Source: Gammaproteobacteria bacterium
GTDB lineage: Bacteria > Pseudomonadota > Gammaproteobacteria > Pseudomonadales > JANQJO01
Reading direction: 5' to 3'
DNA length: 55,887 nt
Assembly (NCBI GenBank): GCA_037380725.1
Contig: JARRRL010000047.1
Coordinates: 1-55,887, forward strand
Of the stretch, positions 18,128 through 28,500 are shown one piece after another. How positions within the stretch are numbered: position 1 is the stretch's first letter; every line of letters starts with the position of its first letter. The position numbers were made by a program, and so were the translations under genes. The notes under the pieces are model-generated. The model was given only the letters and a program-made list of their open reading frames with translations. It had not been told where the DNA came from and searched no databases.

Positions 18128-19354
18128 ATGGTCTCGCCCCATTCCCTTTCCTTCGCTCTCGGCTACCTTCAGCCATTCCGCTTCCAACCCTGTTATCGAT
18201 TTATCCATTTTTTTCTGTGCTTTACCGTACTCACGGTTATCAGTTCTTATGCGCCAACAACACGGGCCGAGTTGTATAAATGGCAAGATGAAGTCGGCAA
18301 TTGGCACTTCAGCGACAAGCCGCCGCGCGGAAACGATCCAGACCATCTGGCCCCACACGTAGAACGGATCAGCACCTACGACAACGACGCCCAAGACAGC
18401 AGCGGGGATACCCCCAGCGACGCCGATGGCAAGAGCCAGCAAGCTCTCGATACCGACCTGGCTGCAAAGCTAGCGGAAAAATTCCCCGATACCTCTCCCA
18501 TCGCTCAAGTCACCTTAGCCGTGGTGGCAATTGAAACCCCCATGGGGTCCGGTTCAGGATTTTTTATTACTTCAGATGGCCTGATCGTCACGAACAAACA
18601 CGTCGTACGACCCAGCAAAACCGCTGCGCTGGACAAAACCAAATCCAAAATCGCACGCACTAAAATTGACATTGAAAAACGTGAACGAGATCTCGCTCAA
18701 GAACGCGACAGACTGGAACGTTTCGATCGGCAATTGAAAGACCGAAAAAAATATTTGGATTCAAAAGGAATGACCAACAGTAAATCCCTCGCTGAAGAAG
18801 AATACCTCGCCTACAAAGAACGTTATGATCGACGTAAACGTGATTACGAACAAGCCCAAAATCGCCATCAATCCAAAAAACGTGAATTCGACAAAATGGT
18901 TGCCGAGTTTAATTTCAAGTCCAGTCTATCGGACGTCGCGCGCCGTTTTAAAGTTTTCCTGAAAGACGACTCCGAACATCAAGCCACCCTCGTCGCCCTC
19001 AGTGACAAATACGATTTAGCCTTACTAAAACTGAGCGGCGCGCACACCCCGACCTTGACACTGGCTTCAGTAAAAAAATTGTCTCAAGGCAGTAACGTCT
19101 TTGCCATTGGCAGCCCCTTGGGGCTGCGTGATTCCGTCACCAAAGGTATTATTACTGGATATCGCAACCACTTTGTGGTCACCGACACACAAATCCTACC
19201 GGGCAACAGCGGTGGGCCGCTGGTTACGGAATCGGGTCAAGTCATAGGCGTAAACACCTTAAAACTGGCTCAAGAAGCCAATCGACAAGGATTTGGCCTG
19301 GCCATACCCATTACCACCGTTCAAAAAGAATTCCGCCGCCACCTACTTCCATGA
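18128..19354 (+). CDS. DUF4124-type N-terminal domain fused to a trypsin-like (S1C) serine protease that carries a long coiled-coil insertion
   Basis: The likely start is ATG 18128 (hydrophobic signal/anchor FFLCFTVLTVISSYA). ELYKWQDEVGNWHFSDKPP is the DUF4124 signature. The catalytic motifs are GSGFFITSDGLIVTNKHVV (His), YDLALLKL (Asp) and GNSGGPLV (Ser). Confidence 0.8.
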   Translation: MVSPHSLSFALGYLQPFRFQPCYRFIHFFLCFTVLTVISSYAPTTRAELYKWQDEVGNWHFSDKPPRGNDPDHLAPHVERISTYDNDAQDSSGDTPSDADGKSQQALDTDLAAKLAEKFPDTSPIAQVTLAVVAIETPMGSGSGFFITSDGLIVTNKHVVRPSKTAALDKTKSKIARTKIDIEKRERDLAQERDRLERFDRQLKDRKKYLDSKGMTNSKSLAEEEYLAYKERYDRRKRDYEQAQNRHQSKKREFDKMVAEFNFKSSLSDVARRFKVFLKDDSEHQATLVALSDKYDLALLKLSGAHTPTLTLASVKKLSQGSNVFAIGSPLGLRDSVTKGIITGYRNHFVVTDTQILPGNSGGPLVTESGQVIGVNTLKLAQEANRQGFGLAIPITTVQKEFRRHLLP

Positions 19355-19505
19355 CAAGCTTCGTGCAAGCTTCATGACAAGAGGTCCCATAACGATTCCT
19401 CACACGCCCCTCAGCGCAACCCACAACATGCGCGCCCCATAGCAACAAGCAAGCCGCCACACATCGCCTTGATGACATGCTCACAGCACATGCTCATATT
19501 GCTAT

Positions 19506-19557
19506 ACTCAACTCACTTCGACTCAACTCACTTCGATTCAACTCACATCGACTCATC
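19506..19557. repeat. ~3.5 tandem 15-nt units (ACTCAACTCACTTCG) upstream of the 19592 membrane-protein gene
   Basis: 19506..19520 and 19521..19535 are identical. 19536..19550 is attcaactcacatcg, and it is followed by the partial unit actcatcgcg. Confidence 0.85.
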
Positions 19558-19591
19558 GCGACTTGCTTTGTTATAACAGGTTGGAACAATA

Positions 19592-21652
19592 ATGCCCTCA
19601 GCAGACCAGACCTCCACCCAAGACAACATCAACCACAGCCCTATCATACCCACTCAATCGGGTATCAACTCACAAACGGGTTTTCCTTCTTCGAACATCG
19701 CATACTCACTGGTCAGCTGCGATCGTGTTTTCTATCTCATTTGGGCTGTCGTCACCCTTTGGCTCTTAGTTGCCGGGCTCACAAACCAAGGCGAAACCGG
19801 GGATGGCTATCAGAGTATTGTTAACACACGTTACCTGCTCGGAGATGCCAGCTTCTGGTACGTTCAACGTGGCCCGCTGAACACATTTCTGTTGTTGCCC
19901 GCTGAAATCGCCCATAGCATGCTGCACCTACACCCTTTAGACGTCCGTCCTTTTCACATCATGACCACACTGATTCACAGTGGCTTTTTGCTGGGCGTGT
20001 GGTTTCTTTTGCGGCAACAATACCCCCATCAGGCCTCGTCACGCTTGTTGGTGTTTGTCTGCACCATCTTGTCACTGATGTTTTACGCCTGGTCGGTGCA
20101 AATCAGTCCTGATATTTTGCCAGGTTTGATGTATCTCTCTATGATTTTGCTGACACAACGCTGGTATGAACAACGCACCGCGAAACAAGCGGGTACGAAA
20201 ACGTTACTGGGCATCTGCGCACTGGGCATCGCTGGGCCACTCATCAAGCCCACGTATGTCATTTTTTGGGTTTCGATCTGGTCCTACACAGCCTGGACTT
20301 TCGTCCTGTCGCATCTGTCATCCCAGCGCGCCAAGCTACGACTCACCTTTGCGGACTTGTGGCGATTTTCAATCGCAGGCGGGGCCAGCGCATTAGTGGT
20401 TTGGTTGGCGTATGCCGTGCATGTCAGTTTTTTAAACCCGGATCCGTTCCTCATTCATCCACTGAGTTACGCAAAAGCCATTCAAGAACAGATCGAGGCG
20501 GATAAACTGCCCATTTATTTCCCGTGGTACATCTATCTGATCAATTTGCACAATTTTGGCATTGCTACGCTGGCGCTTTGCGCTGGCCTGATCGCAACAA
20601 AAATCCCGTTTTTACACCGACGATTTTCCACCGCCTCAGCAACACCTCTCTCCTCTCCATTACCAGAAAGCCAGAACGCTTCTCCATCGACGTCTACACA
20701 GTATCGCCACGGTTTTCAGCTGTTTTGTTTGCTGTTTTGTCTGGTTTTTATGCATCTGGTGTCGTATCGAGAAGTACGTTACTTGATCTATTTAATGCCT
20801 TTAACCGCACTCATACTGGTGCCGTCGACCACCTTACTGCTGAAGTGGAAACGTGAGCTACTCACCCTGGTTCTAGTCCTGTTGTTGATTGACTACGTCA
20901 GGATTGTGCCATTCGCATTAGCACAAGTGACACTGGGCAGTCGATTGAACATCATCAAGCTGTTTAAAGTCCTCGAAGACATTCGCCCGCTTGACGATAG
21001 TGTTCAAAACGCAACTCAAAGCACAACTCAAAGCACAACAAACCCTATCGGATCGGAACCTGAAAACCCTGAAAATTCTAAAACCCCTGAAGAAAACAAA
21101 GTGCTGATTTCCCCCATCCTCAGTTTTGCGTTATTTCCCGATAGTCCCATTATTGGTGACCGCTATCACGGTTATTATCACCTTTCCGACCTACTGGTCT
21201 TCAATCTCTTTGAATCGCGTTACATCGTGAAAGCACTCCCGAAAAATTTCGGTATACATTACGCCGACTTAAGTGCAGGTGACGCCGTCGTCTACGCCAA
21301 TCATCAATTGGTGCGCAATCCCAAACAACCCGAAGAAGACGCGTTGTTCTTTAATAACTTTTTTCAAATTTCAGGCATCGTTAAACACATTAATCTGAAA
21401 CGAGATGGTGATTTTTTCTACGCCCAAAACTCAACAGGACCGCTGTTAATTGTCCCACCTGATCACCTCCAAGAAACGCTGACATTCGTGCCAAAAGCGC
21501 CTGCCGCAGCAGACCTTGAACGCTGGGGATGGGCCACAGCTCACGACGAGACAGCCACAATTTTAGCCATTGAGGTGAATGTGTTGTGCAAACGCGGCTG
21601 GTGCTACCCGATCGAAGCACAGCGACAAGGTGAGGCCAGCACGAAACAATAA
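19592..21652 (+). CDS. polytopic membrane protein with a C-terminal soluble domain (possible GT-C-fold glycosyltransferase, ArnT/PMT-like)
   Basis: 686 aa with at least 10 hydrophobic helices in the first ~470 aa, followed by a ~200-aa hydrophilic C-terminal domain. This overall topology is typical of GT-C enzymes. I cannot point to a definitive catalytic motif, so the functional call is weak. There is an in-frame 12-nt duplication (TQSTTQST). Confidence 0.55.
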   Translation: MPSADQTSTQDNINHSPIIPTQSGINSQTGFPSSNIAYSLVSCDRVFYLIWAVVTLWLLVAGLTNQGETGDGYQSIVNTRYLLGDASFWYVQRGPLNTFLLLPAEIAHSMLHLHPLDVRPFHIMTTLIHSGFLLGVWFLLRQQYPHQASSRLLVFVCTILSLMFYAWSVQISPDILPGLMYLSMILLTQRWYEQRTAKQAGTKTLLGICALGIAGPLIKPTYVIFWVSIWSYTAWTFVLSHLSSQRAKLRLTFADLWRFSIAGGASALVVWLAYAVHVSFLNPDPFLIHPLSYAKAIQEQIEADKLPIYFPWYIYLINLHNFGIATLALCAGLIATKIPFLHRRFSTASATPLSSPLPESQNASPSTSTQYRHGFQLFCLLFCLVFMHLVSYREVRYLIYLMPLTALILVPSTTLLLKWKRELLTLVLVLLLIDYVRIVPFALAQVTLGSRLNIIKLFKVLEDIRPLDDSVQNATQSTTQSTTNPIGSEPENPENSKTPEENKVLISPILSFALFPDSPIIGDRYHGYYHLSDLLVFNLFESRYIVKALPKNFGIHYADLSAGDAVVYANHQLVRNPKQPEEDALFFNNFFQISGIVKHINLKRDGDFFYAQNSTGPLLIVPPDHLQETLTFVPKAPAAADLERWGWATAHDETATILAIEVNVLCKRGWCYPIEAQRQGEASTKQ

Positions 21653-21681
21653 TCAAACGGGGTATCAGTCAGTAATACCTT

Positions 21682-21705
21682 CTGGCTGAGTTCTCACTCA
21701 GCCAG
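21682..21705. terminator. perfect 10-bp hairpin between convergent genes (possible bidirectional terminator)
   Basis: ctggctgagt-tctc-actcagccag lies between the 19592..21652 (+) and DUF1993 (-) genes. No U-tract is present on either side, so the terminator role is tentative. Confidence 0.35.
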
Positions 21706-21753
21706 AGCAGAAAATCCCACCTTCAAACTTGACCGTAATCACGCACGCGCTGA

Positions 21754-22278
21754 TCACTGCTCATTTAATTGAGGCGGTTTACCCAAATAGTCCATTTTAC
21801 CCAGCTCAACGCCCACATGGCGTAAAATAGCGTACGCAATGCTCACGTGAAAATACACATTGGGCAGCACAAACTGATTCACATAATCGGCGCCATTAAA
21901 ATTCAGTGTCACATTCGGTAATTTCAGCTCAATGGCTTTTTCTTCCGCTCCTTGAAATTGATCTTCCGAGATGGTTTTCAAAAAGGCTTGTGTATTGTCA
22001 ATTCGCTCAATCAGTTGCCCCAAGGTGGTTTCGTTATCTTCGTACTTGGGCGCTTCCAAACCAGAAAGTCGTGCACCACACCCCTTCGCAATATCGCAAG
22101 CGATTTGTACTTGCTTGGACAGCGGAAACATATCTGGATACAGACGATACGTCACCAACACCGACTCATCAATTTTTTTCGCTTCCGCATACGCATCCCC
22201 TTTTTTCAAACAGGATTGCAAATTACCTAACATGTGAACTATTTGTGGGATGGTATTACGATAAATGGTATAAGACAT
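21754..22278 (-). CDS. DUF1993 family protein
   Basis: The start at ATG 22278 is preceded by AGGAG. MSYTIYRNTIPQIVHMLGNLQSCLKKG...YRLYPDMFPLSKQVQIACDIAKGCGARLSGLE...VLPNVYFHVSIAYAILRHVGVELGKMDYLG matches the DUF1993 family pattern along its whole length. Confidence 0.8.
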   Translation of the reverse strand: MSYTIYRNTIPQIVHMLGNLQSCLKKGDAYAEAKKIDESVLVTYRLYPDMFPLSKQVQIACDIAKGCGARLSGLEAPKYEDNETTLGQLIERIDNTQAFLKTISEDQFQGAEEKAIELKLPNVTLNFNGADYVNQFVLPNVYFHVSIAYAILRHVGVELGKMDYLGKPPQLNEQ

Positions 22279-22694
22279 CAAATCACTCCTTAGAAAATCG
22301 TCATTAGGTAGTCTTGCTTGCACACTTGCTCTTGTACTGTATTTTGGGTGTTTTTCAACCCACTGTCAGTGCTCATTCACTTTTTGCTTTTACAACATAT
22401 TTGCCTTCAGAACACATCGCAACACACTTGTCATCACAACACGTAACGCAAAAGAAAAGCAACCAGAGCCATGCTAATGTAGCATATGCAGCACACAATT
22501 GATCGCCTTTAAATTACTCCTTTAGGCTTCTTCGTCTTACTGCAAGATGTCCTTGCTCTTACTTTCCGCTGCCGCATTTTCGGTACAATCTGATCAATAA
22601 TAAACCAAAGCACCACGGCTCAGCAGCATTGCCAGCAATGACGCGGAAGTAGACGTAAAAAGTAGAACGGGTACTTTATTCGCTTCATTAAGTG

Positions 22695-25218
22695 TTAACG
22701 TCTTTCTGCTGTGCCAGGCCCCAACGGTTTTATCAAGAGTATCAATTCTGGCAAAAGCGTCAACGAAGCGAGCAAAGCAATCAACATCGCCAAGCTGGTA
22801 AACAAGCCAAAATAAATGGTCGGGTAAAAACTGGATAGCGTCAAAATAGAAAAACCAAAAATAATAGTTATTGACGTGTAATACATGGCCTTGCCAATGG
22901 TGGCGTGACTGCGGAACATGGCCGCCGAATACTGGCCATCTCGCGCAAACTCAGCCTTAAAGCGATACATGTAATGAATGGTATTGTCGACCGCTATCCC
23001 AACACTGATGGCCGCGATGGTGATGGTCATCATATCCAGCGGAATGCCCAAACTACCCATCATGCCTAATACGACTCCCGCCGCCAAGAGGTTGGGTAAC
23101 ATCCCAATCAATGCCAACTTCAATGAACGAAACAGCACCACAAACATAATCAGAATGCAGGCAAAGACTACCCCAATGGTCGCAATCTGAGATTTGAACA
23201 AACTTTTTAACATGTTGTTATACAACACCACCATACCCGTAAAATGCACTTCTTCGGGGTTTAAACCCTGCTCATTAACCAGGTAATCGTGAATCTGATC
23301 CAGTAAAGCTTGCCGCTTAAGCTCCGTATCGGATTCCCGCACACGCAACGTAAAACGAACTTTCCCCGTGGCCTCATTCACATAGGGATCCAATAAAAGA
23401 CCGCGCAAATCATCAGGAAACATGGCATTCAAAAAAGCGAGTTCCAAGGCATTTAATGATGCCCCTTTAATTTGCTCCGCCAGTTCAATCGTGGTGATCA
23501 CCGACAGTACTTTACCCGTTTCTGGCAATGCTTCTAACCACGTGTGAATATCCCGAAATTGCGCCATATGCGCTTGCGTGAAAATCGTCGAATCACCGTA
23601 AACGTCATCCAGACAGTCATCATCGAGGAAACAATCTTCCTGATCGTTTTCCAAATCCCCTTTTAATTTTACATCCAGAATAATATCCAAGGGCGTCGTT
23701 CCCCCCAGATGCTCATCAATGGTTTTCATTCCCTGATAGATTTCTGTTTTTTCCTTAAAATAATCGATAAATCGATTCTCCACGGACAAGCGACTGATTC
23801 CCCACGCACTGAATACGCCAAGTACGAGTGCCGCTACCGTCAACCCGCCCCCCATGCGCATCGTGAGGTTCGCAAACTTCACGCTGAACACGTCTTGCGA
23901 TTGTTGACGTTTCACATCACCAGGCTCGCGCGCAAAAAAAGACAATAAAACGGGAAACAACAGAAAGGCCGTCGCGTAGGAAAAAGCAATACCCATGGTC
24001 ATCATAATGCCGAAATCAATAACCGGTCGAATATTACTCACCAAAAGCGACACAAACGCGACCACAGTCGTGAGCGAGGTATACAAACACGGTCTGGCCA
24101 TTTGTCCGACCGTCTCCGCAATCAAAGCCCGCTGTGTCCACTGCGGATAGCGATCCACCAACTCACGATATCGCACAATCAAATGGATGATCATCGACAT
24201 GGTAATAATCAACAACAGCGCAATGAAATTGGACGATATGACCGTTACGGGAAAACGCAAGAAACCTAAAAAACCGACCATCACCCAACACGTCATCGAA
24301 AAGCCGTCGAAACAAGATGCTCAGCATCAACACCAAAAACACCACCACACCGAGGCCAAACACGCCCACATCGCTGCGCACGTAGTCGAGCATATCAACC
24401 ACGATCATGGGAATACCGCCCAAAAACAAAGTACCGATATCATTATACTGATGCACCACCGCACGAATTCGGTCCACGGCTTCTCTGTGCGCTTCAATGG
24501 CTTGATGATTGAGGTCTTTCACTTCCAATTCGAGTTGCGCCAGGCGATTGGCCTCCTCAGGCTCCAAGGGCGCTTGACGCGCTTTGCTTCGCAAAGCGTT
24601 GCGAGACGCCACAGCCTCTGCACTGCGCGAATCGGTTTTCAATACCACTTGTATTGCGGTCGTTCGTCCGTCCTGACTGACCAACAAATCCCGATAAAAC
24701 GGATTGCTCGTAAACGCAGCCTGCGCCGCGCTCCAATCTTGATAGCCATCCTCCAATGTACCCAAATGCTCCGACACATTTGTTAACGACATCTCCGGAT
24801 CATTCAGTATGGGTACATCCAGCACCGAGTTGATCTTCTTCACTTGAGGCACACGCAGCAAGTCCTGCTTCAACGATTGCAACTTCGTGATCACTGGCTC
24901 ACTGAATAAGGGCGCTGTCGGTGTGAACGCAATCAATAGATAATCATCAGTGGAAGGGAAATTCTGGCGTGAGGCCCGATAATATGCGAGGTCTTTATCG
25001 TCCTCCAAGGTTAAAGAGTCAGCGGACGCATCCAGTTCAAACTGAGGCGTATAACGCAAAACACTCACAATCGCCAGCACCATCACCAGAAAAAACAAAA
25101 CTGGCCGCGACAGCACAACCCGGTCGTAGACACGCCCCAACAAGGTGGCATTGAGGCGGTGACTGGCTTGATTGTCTTCAGGCTGGGATGATGAGACAGA
25201 TTCTTTCGAGCAATCCAT
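22695..25218 (-). pseudogene. RND-superfamily (MMPL/HpnN-like) exporter, reading frame broken by a 1-nt frameshift
   Basis: ORF 24163..25218 covers the N-terminus, TM1 and the large periplasmic loop, ending ...VGVFGLGVVVFLVLMLSILFRR and then drifting out of frame. ORF 22695..24296 begins MTCWVMVGFLGFLRFPVTVISSNFIALLLIITMSMIIHLIVRYRE... and covers the second half, with a second loop and 6 TMs. The two frames can only be joined within 24297..24320, which contains an A4/T4 run at 24299..24302. Confidence 0.75.
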
Positions 25219-25546
25219 AATGATTTACACTCTCCAACAGAACGATTCTTCGCAGACCGTATCTTCGTCAATACGACGGCAGCATAGATTGACAACACAC
25301 GCGCAGCACTTTATCACGCGATGAGCAAAAAAGCCTACCGCGTTGCTTCTGAAATAGCGAGGTACTCGTCACAAGCGGCCCCAACTTAGCTGAGCGAGCC
25401 AGAGAGACAACTATCCTGAAAAACACCGGGACTGTGTGCGCTATGGCGTTAAGGAATAGGCTGTTATGACGTTCAACAGCAGAGTAGACTATATTTTACC
25501 CAGACGTTATCTGTAAAATATTTATGAATGCCCTACAAATTCGCGC

Positions 25547-28500
25547 TCAGTGCGCCGATATCTGTCCAGACAGTTGTTCAGAACCAGACAGTTGTTCAGA
25601 ACCAGACATCTGTTCAGAACCAGACATCTGTTCAGATAAAGAAGGCCCACGGAGATACTTCAATTCAATGAGGGCTTGTTCAATGGCCGTCTCACCAATG
25701 CGGTAAGGCTGATCAAAATATTCCCCACAATTTAACTGTAAATGGTTCAAAGTCGCCTCAAGATCCAGATCTTTTTGCTCGCAGACCGTATTGATCCATT
25801 GTAAAAACTCCACGCCTTTAATGGGGCGCTCTTGGCTGTGGCTTTCGGCATCCTTTTTCCGTTGTTTCGTGCCGAGGTTTCTCAAGACATCCGCTCGATC
25901 TTCTGCGGTTTCAACCTGGCTCATCACGTACTTCACTACGAAATCTTTCGTAAAGACGTCAAAATATCTTTCGATAAATGCCGCATTGTCATCCGCACTG
26001 GGAGTGAAGGTGCGATCTTGAAACCCGGCAACGCCACCTGGCAAACTCACGGCCATATCGACGGCGTGCCTGGCCAAGGCCAACGAGTGTACACCACCGT
26101 TGTATATTCGTGTACTGTCAAAAAAAGCCCGCGTTTTAGCATCCGCAACAGCTTGTTTTATTCGCTCCTCAAATGAGGCATTAGCGGGCAACTGTTTACA
26201 CACAATATTTTGGAAAACCTTATCAAGGCCTTCCACTTGCCCTGATTCACATTCCTGAAACCCGCTAATTAAGACCCCCATTTGAGCACAAAAGGCGGCT
26301 GGATCGGATTCCGCAAGCTGCTCAAGCTTCACACCAACTTCAGCAAGCGTTTTCCGAACGCTGGCTCGATGTGTCGAATTAACAAAAAACACATCTTCCT
26401 CGTCGTACAAAGATTGATCACTGGTGATGACCCTAAGCCGTTCAAGATAATTTTCCTGAATTTGACGAGGCGACAGGACCTCCTCTCTGTTCGACTCGTC
26501 TCTGTTCGTTAACAAAATCGGGTCAGTATAGTATGGTGATTCCTCATTTTCCAAGTCCAGTCGTTTGAAAAACGATTCGAATTTCTGTTGTATCGGGTAA
26601 TCACTCGGCGCGGTAAACTCGACGGAGGAAACACGAACCGCTGCGCGCACTGTTTCAACATTCATGGTTTCTGGCATGGAAAATGCGAACACCATTGACA
26701 GAATTTTATCCCCAAGCTGGGATAAATGCGCCAACGAATCATCCAATGTCAATCGCTTTTCCAATTGATCGACAAATTCAAAAATAGCGTCAATGTGTAA
26801 TTGGCGATCTTCCTGCTCTAACTTTTTACTCAGAATCGCCACCCACTGATCGTCATTCAGATTGAAGTTTTCAACGTGTGACGTCATATCCAGAAGCGAT
26901 TTGACAGCCATTTTCCTCACAATATCGATTCGATGTGGTTCAAGCAAATTCAGTTTCACCACCGATTGCACTTCCGCCTCGCTCAATTTTACCCGACCTT
27001 TTATCCATCGGGAAGCCAGGTCGTGTTTTTGATCCTCATTCAAATAAGGTAAGAAAATTTCCGTATTGTATAAGAACACCTTGGGACTACAGCGGTGATA
27101 GATCTTTTGAACAAGTGTGTCCATCTTGTCATCGGACAGATCAAACAATTGAATATTCCGAACCAATAACGCGTGAAGGTCGGCATCAACACCCTGTTCG
27201 GTCAGCTTGGTATCAAGGCACTGTTGGGCAAATTCAAATCGTTCCGATAGATTTAATTGAAATTTATCAATATTCTTCAGAAACAATTTAGGAGATGAAT
27301 GCCGGAGTATATCGGCAAATTCCAATCGCTTTTCAGGTGAGACGTCAAAATTTTTCAGGTTATTTGACAAGGCATCGAGGCAGCCCTTCGCTTGAAGCTG
27401 ATCAAAAAAATTGTTAATTTTAGATTCGGACAAAGCGAAGTGACGGATGTTACGGGCCAAGGCATTTTCATCTTGCTCGAAAAGTCGGCGCGCAATGTTT
27501 TCTCGCTGCTCAAGACTCAGTCTCGATAGGTCAAATTGCGTCACATCAAAATCATGCGAAACCGTCCCCTCTGCTGTCGCTTTCTCCAAAAACGGGAGTT
27601 GGCATTCACTCGGAAGGTTAAATTTTTTAAAATATTTATGAAACAGTTTTGGACTTTGCGCAGCGAATTTATTGGCCAGATCCATGCGCTGTTTTTGAGG
27701 CATGCATTCAAAATCGATCTTCTCAATACAATAATCAAACAAGAGGGGACACTGCTCAATGATACAAGTGGCGAATCCATATTGCTGATCAACACTCAAC
27801 GCCGACATGTTGAACTCATCAATCTTATTCTCTAATAAAATTTTTTCATAGTAAAATTCATTTTGTGGTTTTTGTAGAAGATTGATCATGCGCTTTAAGT
27901 ATTTCAGTTGACGATCAGAGTCCATTTCATGGATTTTAAAGGATATCTTTCCTAAGTTCGACAACAATATAAGATCATCAGACTCGGATTTGACGCTCAG
28001 GCGTTCCAACAGCAGGTCGAGAAAATCCAATTGCTGGTCGGAATCCAAACTCGAAACGTCAAAACAATTAAAATACACTTGCAAGTCATTGCGACTCTGC
28101 TCAGCCATCGCTTCCGACAACAACAGGCGGTGTTTGAATTTCAGGGTATTAACACCAAACGTATCCAGTTTCTTCAGAAACTGATCCGCATCCTCTGGGG
28201 ATGAGGCCAGAATCTCTCGGGCGAATTTCAGTTTTTCTTTACTGCGATCTTGCATTTTCTCCAACAGACGAACATCCATGTCATGATGACTATGCCAGTG
28301 TTTTATGGCTTTTCGCAACGCGAGTGTGGCGTCTATTTTAGACTTAATGCGAAACAGCTTTGAACTGCCGCTGTTATTGGCTGGGTCACGAAATGAGGCA
28401 AAACACCCAATTCTGGCGGGAAACGATGAATCCGTACGCGAGGCAAGCTGCTCGATCACGCTGCTCGGCGCAGCCGTTCGATTGCGGACGGGTTGCCCGA

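Noticed and set aside
26935-27291. Antisense ORFs of 80-141 aa occur inside both paralogs (e.g. 26935..27291 / 30275..30604, 27536..27835 / 30849..31148, 29427..29852). They are conserved between the two copies.
   Set aside because: Their conservation is explained by the duplication itself. Their sequences are low-complexity with no RBS or known motifs, so I treat them as shadow ORFs of the long minus-strand genes.
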